Of a stretch of DNA of 64,000 bases, positions 21,862 to 33,377 are shown piece by piece. The DNA comes from Alphaproteobacteria bacterium (GTDB taxonomy: Bacteria; Pseudomonadota; Alphaproteobacteria; MPNO01; UBA830): the NCBI GenBank assembly GCA_964291215.2, contig OZ219791.1, forward strand, positions 64,001 to 128,000. Reading direction: 5' to 3'. The notes beneath the pieces are model-generated. The model did no database searches. It worked only from the letters and a program-made list of their open reading frames with translations, and was not told the origin of the DNA. The first letter of the stretch is position 1, and every line of letters starts with the position of its first letter. The position numbers and the translations under genes were made by a program.

Positions 21862-23513
21862 GACGATGGTCCTTCGCTCACATAGCCAAGTGCGAGATCA
21901 CGCGACCTTGCCTCGGACGACCGATCCGAAGGATCGCCATAGCCCCCGCCTCCCGGTGTTTTCAGACGCACGCGTTGCCCACGGCTGAGGTGAATGCCGA
22001 CCATCTTCGAAACCATCGGCGGCGAATGCTCGCCGTCGGTTTGCTCGTAGTAAAACCGGTTCAACGCCCCCGGCCCGCCGCCCACCACTCCCGGCGGAGG
22101 GTGTTTGCCGCGCTCGCCAAAGAGGAACGCGTTTGCCTCTTCTTCCAGCAATTCGATCTCGTAAACCGCACCAAGCCCGCCCCGATACTTGCCATCGCCG
22201 CCGCTGTCGGGGCGCAGCGCCCACTTCGTGAAACAGACCGGATAGGCCGCCTCAAGAATCTCCAAGGGCGGAATCGTCGCCGTCGAGATCGGCGCATTGC
22301 CGTGGTTCAGCCCGTCGCCATCGCTATGGGCGCCATGTCCGCCACCAAAGAACGAAAACATCACCCAACGGCGCCCATCCGCCCGGTGCCCCGCCAACGA
22401 CAGCGCGTTGATCGTGCCATAGGCGCAGGCCATCGCCCGTTCCGACGCAAGCTGGGCCACCACCTGAAAGACCACATCGATCAGCCGCAGGATGGTTTCC
22501 GTATAGCCTCCCACCGGCTTCGGCGCTTCCACCGACAGGATCGAGGCAGGGTCGATCCTGAACTCCACCGGTTCCAGCACGCCGGCATTAGCGGGCACAT
22601 CGCCAAAGATGTGCTTCAGCGCCACATAACAGGCCGCCACGGTTGTCGAGCGCGAGATGTTCACCGGCCCCTGGCAGGCAGGCGACGATCGGGTGAAGTC
22701 CATCACCATCCGGTCGCCATCAATTGTCAGATCAAGCGCGATTTTCAGGGGTTCATTCGTGATCCCGTCATTGTCCAGCCAATCCTCGGCGGAAACGGTG
22801 CCTGAGGGCAGGTTTCGAATTTGCGCGCACATCATCGTCGCCGCGCGCTCCTTCAAGGCCGAAAGCACGGTCGAGGCCGTGTCGACCCCATACTCCTCCA
22901 GAAGTTGCCCAACACGCCGTTCGCCCAACTCCAGCGCATTGATCTGCCCGTTGAGATCTCCATAGAGCGACATCGGCAAGCGGCTGTTGGCCGAAAGGAT
23001 ATCGACAATATCCTGACGAAATTCGCCCCGGTCATAAAGCTTCACCGGTGGGATCAGCATGCCTTCCTGAAACGCTTCGGTCGCTGCCGGGTTGTAATTG
23101 CCGGGCACATTACCGCCCACGTCATGCCAATGGCCGACCGAGGCCAGAAAACAGAACAATTCGTCATCGCGAAACACCGGCTTCACCAGCCGGAAGTCCG
23201 ACAGATGGGTACCGCCGTCATAAGGGTCATTGAAAATCCAGACATCCCCAGGGTTCAGCCCGTCCCGCTCGGCCGCCTTGTCGATCACCGCTTTCACCGC
23301 AAAGGCCATGACACCTACAAAGATTGGCAGCCCGGATTTGCCCTGAATCAATGTCTCGCCGGTGACCGCGTCATAGATGCCATGGCTCGCGTCATGCGCC
23401 TCTGCGATGATCGGGTTGAAAGCCGAACGAAACAGCGTGGCGTCCATTTCGTCTGCGATCTGTTCAAAGCGACCCTTCAAGATGGCGGTGGTGACCGCGT
23501 CGACATCTGCCAT
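21858..23513 (-). CDS. Hydantoinase B / 5-oxoprolinase family subunit
   Basis: NDPYDGGTHLSD, HWHDVGG, DSGGDGKYRGGLG, TPGGGGYG. Confidence 0.93.
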   Translation of the reverse strand: MADVDAVTTAILKGRFEQIADEMDATLFRSAFNPIIAEAHDASHGIYDAVTGETLIQGKSGLPIFVGVMAFAVKAVIDKAAERDGLNPGDVWIFNDPYDGGTHLSDFRLVKPVFRDDELFCFLASVGHWHDVGGNVPGNYNPAATEAFQEGMLIPPVKLYDRGEFRQDIVDILSANSRLPMSLYGDLNGQINALELGERRVGQLLEEYGVDTASTVLSALKERAATMMCAQIRNLPSGTVSAEDWLDNDGITNEPLKIALDLTIDGDRMVMDFTRSSPACQGPVNISRSTTVAACYVALKHIFGDVPANAGVLEPVEFRIDPASILSVEAPKPVGGYTETILRLIDVVFQVVAQLASERAMACAYGTINALSLAGHRADGRRWVMFSFFGGGHGAHSDGDGLNHGNAPISTATIPPLEILEAAYPVCFTKWALRPDSGGDGKYRGGLGAVYEIELLEEEANAFLFGERGKHPPPGVVGGGPGALNRFYYEQTDGEHSPPMVSKMVGIHLSRGQRVRLKTPGGGGYGDPSDRSSEARSRDLALGYVSEGPSS

Positions 23514-24376
23514 CAGCTATTGTCCTCATAGTCCTTGCCCAAGGCCAGCAGGTCTGCCGTCCCGATTAGTTCGTTTAGACCCTGAAAATCGTACATCCGG
23601 TTGCGGAAGGCCGCGTTCGACCCATTGGCCAGAACGTTCTGATAATAGTCGACAGCCGTCGCCGACAGGGCCCGCACGACCCCGCCCGGGAAGATCACCA
23701 GATCGAACCCCAGACTTTCCAAGTCGGCGGCATCGGTTACCGGTGTCTTGCCGCCTTCAACCATATTTGCCATCAAGGGCACCCGGTCGCCGAATGAGCG
23801 CGTGATTGTTTCCATCTCGTCACGCGACTGCGGCGCCTCAACGAAAAGCACGTCGGCCCCGGCCTCAAGATAAGCCTCGGCGCGATGCATCGCGGCATAG
23901 AACCCCTCGACCGCAATGGCATCGGTGCGGGCGATCACAAGGGTTTCGCCGCTGTCTCGCGCATCGCAGGCGGCGCATACCCTGCCCGCCATTTCCTCTT
24001 TCGAGATCAGCGTCTTGCCGTCCAGATGCCCGCAGCGTTTCGGCAGGGTTTGGTCCTCGAACTGAAGCGCATTTGCGCCCATACGTTCGAAGACCCGCAT
24101 GGTACGCTGAACATTCAGGGCATTGCTGAACCCGTTGTCGGCATCGACGATGATCGGCAATGCGATCCGATCGCGCAGAACGGCGATGGTGTCAGACACC
24201 TCGCTCATCGAGACGAGGCCAATGTCGGGTCTGCCAAACCGGGTATAGGCGATGGAGGCCCCTGACAGATAGACGGCGCGCGCGCCCGACTGTTCGGTGA
24301 CCAGTCCGGTAAGTGCGTCGAACACACCCGGAGCCAGCAGGATATCAGATGCATTGAGAAGCGATTTGAGGCTCAT
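23513..24376 (-). CDS. Isocitrate lyase / PEP mutase family C-C lyase (methylisocitrate/dimethylmalate lyase-like)
   Basis: VDADNGF, EDQTLPKRCGH, IARTDA, NMVEGGKTP. Confidence 0.9.
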   Translation of the reverse strand: MSLKSLLNASDILLAPGVFDALTGLVTEQSGARAVYLSGASIAYTRFGRPDIGLVSMSEVSDTIAVLRDRIALPIIVDADNGFSNALNVQRTMRVFERMGANALQFEDQTLPKRCGHLDGKTLISKEEMAGRVCAACDARDSGETLVIARTDAIAVEGFYAAMHRAEAYLEAGADVLFVEAPQSRDEMETITRSFGDRVPLMANMVEGGKTPVTDAADLESLGFDLVIFPGGVVRALSATAVDYYQNVLANGSNAAFRNRMYDFQGLNELIGTADLLALGKDYEDNS

Positions 24377-24855
24377 GGCCGGGCTTTCGCGAAACGTTTT
24401 TTCAGATGCAGAACCAGACCGCCATCGGCAAGCAAGACTTGCAGGTTTGCGGGAATCTGCTCCAAGACAACGTCCTGCCCCCCGACAGTCAGGGTCCCGG
24501 TATCGAGATCAAGTGTGCAGGCATCGCCATCGGAAATGCCGCTCTCATCGGGCACCACCAGAACCGGCAGCCCCAGGTTGATGGCGTTTCGATAGAATAT
24601 CCCGGCAAAGGACTGCGCAATCACAGCCGCCAGACCGAGATGTTTCAACGCCTCCGCCGCCTGCTCGCGCGATGAACCCGCACCGAAATTCTGCCCCGCG
24701 ACGATCACGTCGCCGGGGCGCACGCTACCTGCAAAATCGGGCCGGATCGCCTCAAGGCAGTGGGCGGCAAGCGCTTCGACCCCGCCCCGCATGTATTGCC
24801 CCGGCGCAAGCTGGTCGGTGTCGATGTTGTCACCCAGACGAAAGACCCGCCCCAT
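24373..24855 (-). CDS. Aconitase-family small subunit (LeuD/DmdB-like)
   Basis: GDNIDTDQL, NFGAGSSREQA, FYRNAINLG; start at ATG 24855. Confidence 0.88.
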   Translation of the reverse strand: MGRVFRLGDNIDTDQLAPGQYMRGGVEALAAHCLEAIRPDFAGSVRPGDVIVAGQNFGAGSSREQAAEALKHLGLAAVIAQSFAGIFYRNAINLGLPVLVVPDESGISDGDACTLDLDTGTLTVGGQDVVLEQIPANLQVLLADGGLVLHLKKRFAKARP

Positions 24856-26132
24856 CACGTCACCTGCCTTTCGCTCAGAAACTCTCGCGGGTTCGCAATC
24901 TCTCCGGCGACCGCCGAGGCGGCCACAGTCAGGGGCGAAGCCAGCCAGACCTCGGACGTCGGGTCGCCCATGCGCCCCTTGAAGTTTCGCGCCGTGGACG
25001 AGATGCAACGCGTTCCAGCCTCCAACCGTTCCGAGCCATAGCCCGCACAGATTCCACAGGCATTCGGCAGAATCCGCGCTCCTGCGTTCTCAAAGACGCC
25101 CAGAATGCCATCGGCCGCCGCGCGGTCCTGATCGCGCTTCGATGAAGGGGCCACCAAAAGCGTTATGCCAGACGCCAGCTTCCGGCCCCTCAGAATCTCG
25201 GCGGCGTTTTTCAGATCCTCGTATTTTGCGCCGGTACAGGCACCGATATAGGCAACGTCCAGAGCGGTTTGCGGCGCATCGCCCACGTCCATCGCGTTCG
25301 CGGGCGAATGGGGTGCGGCAACCTGCGGTTCAAGCTGCCCGGCATCAAAGACGTGGTGCTCGCCCAAGGCGGCTCCCCGATCGGTGCAAAGCCGCTCGCC
25401 TTCCGTCGCGTCTGTCCCGGCAGCCCGCAAGAACGAATAGGTCGTTGCATCGGGGGCGATCAAGCCGGCCTGCGCGCCAAGTTCGGCGGCCATATTGGAA
25501 AGCGTCATGCGTTCCTGCATCGAAAGGGCCGAGATCGCCTCGCCGGTATACTCAACTGCCTGATATCTGCCGCCATCCATGCCAAGGCGTCCACAAAGCG
25601 CCAGCATGATGTCCTTTGCCACGACGCCATGCCCCAGCCGTCCGGTCCATTCCAAAAGGATGGTCTCGGGCACTTTCAGCCAGATTTCCCCGGTCGCCAG
25701 CACACCCGCCATCTCCGTTGCGCCGACCCCGAACATATAGGCCCCAAAGGCTCCACCTGTCGGCGAATGGCTGTCGCCGCCAACCACCAACATGCCCGGC
25801 TTCAGGTGCCCGCGTTCCGGCAGGACCACATGGCAGATGCCTTCCCCGTCGTGAAAGGCCACGCCCTTTTCCGCCGCCCACTGGCGGGTCAGCGCCAGAA
25901 TGCCTGCGCCTTCGTCCGTATCACCAGGAACGAAATGATCCGAGATCAACACAACCTTCGACGGGTCCCAAAGACCGACCCCCAACTCCCGAAGGATCGG
26001 TTCGACGCGACGTGGACCGCCGCTATCGTGGATCATGGCAAGGTCAACGCCGACTGTGACCACCTCCCCCGGTTCTACCCGATCGCGGCACGCAGCGCGC
26101 GCAATGATCTTCTGCGCCAGTGTGGCGCTCAT
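24855..26132 (-). CDS. Aconitase-family large subunit (LeuC/DmdA-like)
   Basis: DH, GICH, GGDSHS, GACT, CGIC, STARNFKGRMG. Confidence 0.9.
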   Translation of the reverse strand: MSATLAQKIIARAACRDRVEPGEVVTVGVDLAMIHDSGGPRRVEPILRELGVGLWDPSKVVLISDHFVPGDTDEGAGILALTRQWAAEKGVAFHDGEGICHVVLPERGHLKPGMLVVGGDSHSPTGGAFGAYMFGVGATEMAGVLATGEIWLKVPETILLEWTGRLGHGVVAKDIMLALCGRLGMDGGRYQAVEYTGEAISALSMQERMTLSNMAAELGAQAGLIAPDATTYSFLRAAGTDATEGERLCTDRGAALGEHHVFDAGQLEPQVAAPHSPANAMDVGDAPQTALDVAYIGACTGAKYEDLKNAAEILRGRKLASGITLLVAPSSKRDQDRAAADGILGVFENAGARILPNACGICAGYGSERLEAGTRCISSTARNFKGRMGDPTSEVWLASPLTVAASAVAGEIANPREFLSERQVT

Positions 26133-26962
26133 GACCTTGTGGCTTTCGGTGACGCGGCCTCGCCCGGATCGTGCTCCATGGAGATTTCGAACCGGTAGAG
26201 ATCAGGGCGATAGAGCACGCGAATGAACTGAACCGGCCGGCCTATGTCATCGCGCACCACACGTTCCACCTCGATCAACGGGCTGCCCACCGGAATTCCA
26301 AGCACGCCCGCCACCGGCGGGTCAGCCAGCGTCGCGGTCAATGTCTGGCGCGCCGCCGCAATCGTGACACCCGCCCGCTCAAGCAGCTTGTGAAGCGGGT
26401 TGTTGCCCAGGTCCTTCCGCTTGTAGCGCCGCCCGATATCCTCGGGCACATAGGTGATCAGATGGGAAAACGGCTCGCCGTTCTGTCGCCGAATGCGCAC
26501 GGTGTGCTGCACGGTCTCGCCCGGCTCGATCTCCAACGCCGCAGCCACTTCCACCGGCACCGGCACATAGTCGAACTCCAGCACCTGCGCCGAGGTGCGC
26601 TGTCCCATGGCACTGACATTCTCGCGCCAACCATCGATGGACGCACTGAAAACTGGCGACAGTTGATTGTCCAGCACCCGTGTACCGCGCCCCCGTTCGC
26701 GCGCCACAAGACCGGCCTGAGCCAGCTCGTTCATCGCCCGCTTGGCCGTGATCCGCGACACGCCGTATTCGGCGCAAAGATCGTTCTCGCTGGGCAGATA
26801 GGCCCCGGCGGCAATCGCACCCGACCGAATCCGATTGGTCAGAAGTGCAACCATCTGCTGGTAAAGCGGCATCCCGGCTGCCCGATCGAGCAAGCTCTCC
26901 GCCACTTCTCCGCGTTCCTGTAGAGGCTGCTTGACTTGCACCGTTAGGAATCCTGAATCCAA
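26129..26962 (-). CDS. GntR family regulator (HutC/UTRA subfamily); start uncertain
   Basis: PLYQQ, LPSENDLC..YGVSRITAKRA..L, RGRGT, C-terminal UTRA-like domain. Confidence 0.88.
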   Translation of the reverse strand: MDSGFLTVQVKQPLQERGEVAESLLDRAAGMPLYQQMVALLTNRIRSGAIAAGAYLPSENDLCAEYGVSRITAKRAMNELAQAGLVARERGRGTRVLDNQLSPVFSASIDGWRENVSAMGQRTSAQVLEFDYVPVPVEVAAALEIEPGETVQHTVRIRRQNGEPFSHLITYVPEDIGRRYKRKDLGNNPLHKLLERAGVTIAAARQTLTATLADPPVAGVLGIPVGSPLIEVERVVRDDIGRPVQFIRVLYRPDLYRFEISMEHDPGEAASPKATRS

Positions 26963-26974
26963 TCGTGGGCAGAA

Positions 26975-26992
26975 TGGTATATTGATATATCA
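26975..26992. promoter_or_regulatory. Candidate GntR operator in divergent promoter
   Basis: Imperfect palindrome TGGTATAT-TG-ATATATCA between gntR and TRAP gene. Confidence 0.4.
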
Positions 26993-27076
26993 TTAGGTCA
27001 ACTGGGAATGGAAGCGTCTTCAAAGACTCGACACGGGGAGCATTGGGACAACCATGATCAAGACAACATCGTGTAG

Positions 27077-27553
27077 TTGCGGGAGTCAGCGGTGAATACG
27101 CTGCGGTTGCTGGACGATTGGTTGGAGAAGGCGCTCTTCTACATTTCGGGAATCCTCTTGATGATCATTGCAGGAGCCGTCTTCTATGCGGTGACTATGC
27201 GCTATGCGTTCAACGAACCGCCGCTTTGGGCGGATGAGGCTCCGCGCGCTTTCTTTCTCTGGATGACATATCTCGGAATCGTTGTGGCGACGAAGCGCGG
27301 CCAGAACATTCGGGTTACCCATTTCATCGACAAGGTGCCGGCCTACCCGCGCCTCATCCTCGAAACTTTCATGTATATCCTCGTGTTGATCATGCTGGTG
27401 GCCCTGGTCTGGTACAACATCCCGATCCTGAAACTTCAATCGGGCGGAAGCATGCTATCGACTGGGTGGAGCTTCCTCTGGCTTTATGCCCCTGTTTCTG
27501 TCGGCTGCGGCTTGATGGTTATCTATCAGGCCCGACTGATGGTTCGGTCCTAG
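27077..27553 (+). CDS. TRAP transporter small permease (DctQ-like), probably 3'-truncated; no dctM/dctP follows
   Basis: RYAFNEPPLWADE, WMTYLG, NIRV; stop TAG lies in a CTAG followed by unrelated AT-richer DNA. Confidence 0.8.
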   Translation: MRESAVNTLRLLDDWLEKALFYISGILLMIIAGAVFYAVTMRYAFNEPPLWADEAPRAFFLWMTYLGIVVATKRGQNIRVTHFIDKVPAYPRLILETFMYILVLIMLVALVWYNIPILKLQSGGSMLSTGWSFLWLYAPVSVGCGLMVIYQARLMVRS

Positions 27554-27681
27554 CCTGACTACAAGTCGAAGACCTGAGGAGGCTGACATACTATTCCTGT
27601 AAGTGCGACAGGGGGTGCCTATTGTCCCCTTAGCTACTATAGGACAATGGTTTATAGGGTTTCCACCTCGCCAAACATGGA

Positions 27682-29422
27682 CTAGGCCGAAGTTCCAGCA
27701 CCGATCAGACGTATCATTATGAATGTATTGACGTTTGAAAAAATCGGGTGTGTCGCTACTGAGAACGCTGCAGGCGTACGCCGAGGTAGTCCAGGGCCTT
27801 TTTCTGGAGCGGCGTGGGCCGCGTGGTGACCTGGAAGGGTTTGGCGCCCGCAAGGCGGGGCGCCACGGTGTTGCGGGTGGCGAGATCATCGAGGAGAGTG
27901 CGGAAGCTGTGCCACCTCCGGGCGTCCTCTTCGTTGCCGCCTTGGCCCGGGCGCTCGCCGAGACCTCTGCCGGCGCCACGACGGACGGCCGCCTTCGGCA
28001 TCCTCGTCGTCGAACAGCATGGGCTTCAGTCGCATGTGCCATTCGATGTAGTAGGCGAGCATGCACAGGAAGACGTGGGCCCGGGGCGGTGGTAGACGGG
28101 ACGGACCTTCAGATCCACGGTCTTCAGGCTGCGGAAGGCCCGTTCCACCGAACTCAACCGCTTGTAGGCGCGCACCGCGCCGTCGAGTGCGCTCTGCGGC
28201 AGGCGGATCACGTAGAGGACTCGGCGGCGATGGCAGCCTCATCGCGCCCATAGGTGAAGACACCGTCGTCGTCGATGGACCACGTGAAGTGCTTCGCCAT
28301 CTTGTACTTGCCGATGACCTTCCTCTCCCCGATCTTCCCGGCGCTTGTCGCGCCGTGTCGCTGCTGCGATCGGTTCAAGCCTCGGTGGCCTCGAGCAGTT
28401 CCTGGCGCTTTCGGTCCTCGGCCAGCAGGGGGTTGCGGCAGAGGCGTTCGCCGGGATACGCATCACTGGTGATCTCCACCAGGTCGCTCTCGTCGAAGAG
28501 CGACATCGTCACCCGCCTCCACCAGGGAACGGATGCCCCTCAAGGCGCTGATCCAGGCCCGCAGGCTTCACCTCCTCGCGCGCCTCGGTCCCCCGGTCTC
28601 CCACCACCTTCGCCAGGGAGAAGCGCTCCTGCAGCGTGGTGATCTGTGATGCCACCGTCCCGGGGTCCGCCGTGTTGCCGGGGAACACTTCCACCGACAG
28701 CCGTCCCGATCGCACAGAAGGCCGGCTGCAGCTTGCCCTTCTTGCCATCCCGGGAATGACCCCGTTTGGCCAGGGGACACCCCTCCATCCACACTGAAGT
28801 CAGGAGCACCAGGCAGCCCTCTTCGAGGCGCCGCCAGGGACCGCTCGATCCTCTCCTGACGCTCCAGGAGCTAGGCGCCGTAGAGGACCTCCTCGTCCAT
28901 CTCCGCATCGAGGCCAGGGTGGAGACCGCTGTGGCCAGCCCCCTGGCCAGCTTCGAAGCGGGCTCGAGGATGCGTGCCACGATCATGGCCAGGACCTGAT
29001 CGCGCGAGGGCTTCGGGTCGATCAGCCTGTCCAGCTTCTTCAGGGTTCCCAGCACCGCGGCGACATGGGGAAGGGAGCGGACGATGTCGAAGGCATCGTC
29101 ACCGAGGGGTTCGTTCTTCAAGAGGCGCCGCAGGGTCTCAACCTTCTCCATGGGCCAGGAGGAGAGATTGGTGCGCTTCTTGACCTTGCCGTTCTCGCGC
29201 CATCCTTCGCGCAGGAGGACGGCGGGGGGGGGGGGGGGGAGTTGCGGTTGGGGACGATGTCTACATACATGGCAACGTATATGGGGCATAACGCCCATTT
29301 TTTCAATTTAAAAATTCGGCTTTACATGGTAATACTCACGCGCCATCATCGCACTATCCTGCCAACACAATCAAGCAGTTGTCGTGATTCTGCTGCTGAA
29401 ATCAGCGGGAACTTCGGACTAG
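27682..29422 (-). mobile_element. IS1634-family element (degenerate)
   Basis: Ends CTAGGCCGAAGTTCC / GGAACTTCGGACTAG; MYVDIVPNRNSPP..AVLLREGWRENGKV, GHSRDGK, VERAFRSLKTVDLKVRPVYH, HVFLCMLAYY. Confidence 0.85.
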
Positions 29423-30959
29423 GATACGCCCCGGAACGCTCCCTGTGAGTACCTGTACGGTCCCTGTATCGAAACGCTAGGAAACCTATCGCGGTAGGGA
29501 ACCGGGTTTCCCCGGTCCCCCCGCACAGATCCGGACTTGCGCTGTTCGCTCCTCCCCTGACGACAAGGCGCTGGTTTGGCCACGGATGCTGGCCTTAGGC
29601 CAGTGAGCTTCGATGAGGGTGTCCATGTCCCCGGTGCGATCCTTTTGGGAACGCCGCCGAAGGGCACGCAGCCGTTTGCATTGGTATATGAACCCCTGCA
29701 GGCTGCTTCCCGGAACGGCGTAGTAGCAGCCTTTGATCACTCGCCACTTGGCCGTCTTGTGCCGATTGTCGTGCCACCGCTTGCGCAACGCCTCCTTGAT
29801 CCGCCGCAAGGTGCCCGTTTCCGGGATGGTTTGCGGCCGACCCTGAACTTGCCCTTCCTCGTCTGCTCGCAATAGTGCCTCATACCGAGGAAGTCGAACG
29901 TCTTGCCCCCGCTTCCGGCGGTTCGCTCCCGCAAACCGACCGAACTCGATGATTGTCCGGGTGCAGTTCAAGTGAGCCAACCTCTCCCCGAGGTCCCAGC
30001 GCTTCGCATCGCCCTGATCCTGAAAGCCGCACACAAAATCATCCGCATACCGCACGATGATCGTGTCAGTCATCCGTTTGCACCAGTGGTTCTGAAACCA
30101 GTCACGTAGTGCAGGTAAACGTTCGCCAGGCAGGGGCTGCGCCCTGTGGCGAACCAACACCGGTGTCGCTCCATGACGCCAGCGTCACTTGATGATCAGA
30201 CCCCCCGATCCGTCTCTCGAGCATCGCGACCAGGTGGTCGCGGTTGTCGAAGGGGCGTCAACGATCCAGTTGACCTTCCGCCGTTCCACCGTGACTGCAT
30301 CGAGCGCGTTGTGCGTCCCGGCCGGAAACCGTAACTGAACCCGAGGAACTCCGTCTCGCGGTACCAGAATCGTGTCCGTCACTGCCCGCTGAAGAATCTT
30401 GTCCGAGGCAAGCGGTCGTTGCCCTCCTTGGGTATGTATACCCGACGGAGGCGCCCGCCCCTGTGCACACGGCAGGTCGACCAGTTCCACACCTTCCGCA
30501 TACGCGTGCCACGTAACTCCGTCCACGCCCGCTGCCGCGTCCTTTCTCAAGGAGTGAAACGCCGCGTGCAGGACATCACGTGGTGGAGCAACGTCACAAG
30601 ACGCTCTTCCGGATTCCTCTTCGCAACTTGTCGTATGCGCCGCCTGTGACCCCCGCTTCTGCGCGCGGCGCGGGTCAACCGCATTGCCCTTCCCTCCAGC
30701 AACTCCGCAGGCTCCGGAGAGCCCTTGTTCGCCGCCTTCAGCGGTACTATGGCCGAATCTGACTTCTCGTTCATCATCGGTTTACGGAACAGTTCCTTTC
30801 CTCTGCGGCCCCTCCACGACAGAGGGGCAAGACCTCCCAGGTCCCTGCTTCGGCCATGGTTCTCGGACCCCGCGGAGCCCCCCTCACCAACGCGGCTCGT
30901 TGCCTTCGGCCACGACCTCGGCACTCCGGTTTCAAAGCACCTCGTGGCTCAATAGCCTG

Positions 30960-33377
30960 GTCGGGTAGGCTGCTGGCGCGCGCATCCTTAAGCGAAGGCT
31001 TTATCCGTCACCGCTCTTTCGATTGCGGGCGGGTTCGCAGAATCGCCATAGACCACGTTTCCAGCAGCCCCCCTAAAATTCCGTACGTGTAACTGCTCAC
31101 CCCCTGGCTCCGGCTTGATGTCGGGGTAGAGTAACGAACGGGTTTTCGTGGAGATTTGACACTGCATGCCGATTCGCTTAGTGGTGGTCATCGAGAACGA
31201 CGGGGACCGCCAGTGGGCTACTTTGGATCGAAGGCGACGAGCGGGCTGTGCCAGCTGCTTCCGGGGCTCCAGCCTCCGCATGATCTGTATGTGGAAACGC
31301 ATCTCGGAGGCGGCGCGCCGATGAAGCGCAAGGCCGGGTGATGGCGACGGTCAACGCGGCGCGCGAGGAGTTCGAAGCGGCCAAGACCCGGATCGCGGCG
31401 CTGCGTGCGGCCGGCAAGGTGGCGGAAGAGGCCGTCATCCGCGTCCTCGTCATCCTGCTCGACATCATCATCGTCGTCCTTCTGGAGAAGACTACGCGCA
31501 AAACGAGCCGGAACTCCGGTCTGCCGCCGTCACAGACGGACAAGGACAAGAGCGCGAGGCGCGCCGGAAGCAACGGCAAGGGCCCGAAGCCGAACCGGCA
31601 GATGGGCGACAACCTGCCATCGTCGAGGAAACGGTCGCGGCCTGCGACGCCTGCGGCGCCGACATCGACGGCCCCGTCGATCGGGAGCGCCGCGTCCTCT
31701 ACGACATCGTGTTCGAGGTCGTCGAGCGCCGCGCCGAGATCAAGGAATGTCCGAAGTGCAAGGCCCGGACCAAGGGCCGGTTCCCCGACAACATCCCGTG
31801 CAGTACGGCATCGGCATTCAGGCCCTTGTCATCAACCTGCTGGTCGCCCAGATGCTGTCCCTGCGCCGTGCCGTCGCGTTCGTGCAGGCGATCTCCGGCA
31901 TCAAGCTCTCCGAGGCCTCGGCTATGCTTTCACGATGCGTCATGGGAGGAGGCCGCCGTGGCGCACCTCCTGCAACGCCCGATGTCGATGATTTCGGATC
32001 AACAGCAAGTGGCTCCATGTCGTCACCGACGGAACCCTGACGTGCAAGTTCCCGCACCGCAAGCGCGGCCGAGAGGCAAGAGATCGGCATCATCCCGTGC
32101 TACAAGGGCGTCCTAGGCCTCGTACATGGGCTATGACCAGTGTAGCCACCAGCTGTGCGGCAGCCACCTGCTGCGCGAACTGACCTTTGTCGTCGAGGCT
32201 ACCGCTGGGCGCGACTGATGAAGAGCCTGCTCCCTGCCACAAGGTCAACAAGAGCGCATCCAAAACCCTGAACGACGCCGGGCCGTGCGCAAGCGCTACC
32301 GCACCATCAGGGCGCCAGGGAACTGCCCGATATCCCGCCGCCGCCGAAAGGAAAACGTGGACGCAAGTCCGACGCGCACAACCTGCACGAACGTCTCGTG
32401 AAACACGAAAAGTCAGTCCTGCGCTTCACAGACGACCCCAACGTCAGCTTCACCAACAATGCCGGAGAACAGAAGATCAGGATGGCAAAGGTCAAGGTGT
32501 CCGGATGCTTCCGCTCCACGCAAAAGCATGGTGCCGGAGCTCAAGCTACCTCACCTCCATGGCCGCACTCGGCTACAACCCACTCGTCGCCACCCAGATC
32601 GCCCTCGACGGAAAAGCCGCAGACATCATCAACGAGCACTACGACCAATCAGAACCCAACAAGGGGTGAGTAGATACCCGTACGTCCGGTTTTCCCGGTT
32701 CAAGCATCAGGCACCCACTTGGAGTTCGGTGCGGAGCCTTCCCACGCCATGGTCAAGGCTGACCCAGCCATACCCACGGCATCTCCGAGCGTTTGCTCCG
32801 TCCTTCGGCCTTGCAGTCTGTCGGTCTGAGTACCGACTTGACCTGCCGCAGAGGCCACCTGAGCCCTGAGGTCCTCGCTCGGGACGGGTTGTGTTGTCCC
32901 GCCCCTTAGGCGACCTCATCCGCCAGTCAGGAGGACTCCGCGTCCTTTCCCGTTTCCCGGTTATAGACGCGGTCCTTGACGGGTCGCTTCATCCTGTCTG
33001 TCCTCCTCACCTTCCGGTCTTTCACTGCTGATCTGTCCCGGATTGCCGCCGTCTGTACCCCGGGGAACCCGATGCGTGTTCCTCAGTTCTTCCGCATCGA
33101 CACTGGCCATCGGGTAGCAACCTTGGCGTTCACCGTCTATCCCACAAATCAGCTTCGTGTGGGTGGGGAATTTCGGGGCTTCCCGTTCGCTTTCGCCCTC
33201 CGGTTTGCTCGCCGCCCTGGCTGACCGAACCGGCTGGACACTGCGTTCCAGCCAGCCCACGACGGCTTCCTACGTCCCAGCTCGCTGGTCCAGGGTCGCC
33301 CCTGAACCAATGCTACGGCGCCAAACTGAGAATTGCGGGACTTTCACCCGCAAGATCAGCAGCTAGACTCGCTGCAC
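30960..33377 (-). ncRNA. ORF-less group II intron-like ribozyme (about 820 nt without the nested IS66)
   Basis: 5' GTGCAG, GGTGAAAGTCC motif, DV-like GGAAAACCGGACGTACGGAAT, 3' CTACCCGAC; no TSD; host intron rejoins exactly; no RT ORF. Confidence 0.8.
31089..32677 (+). mobile_element. IS66-family element copy 3 (least degraded, intron-free)
   Basis: Same IRs; 8-bp TSD CCGTACGT (31081-31088, 32678-32685). Confidence 0.93.

Noticed and set aside
27550-27681. AT-richer fragment starting CTAGCCTGACTACAAG, possibly an IS end
   Set aside because: No partner IR or transposase in the window; cannot assign
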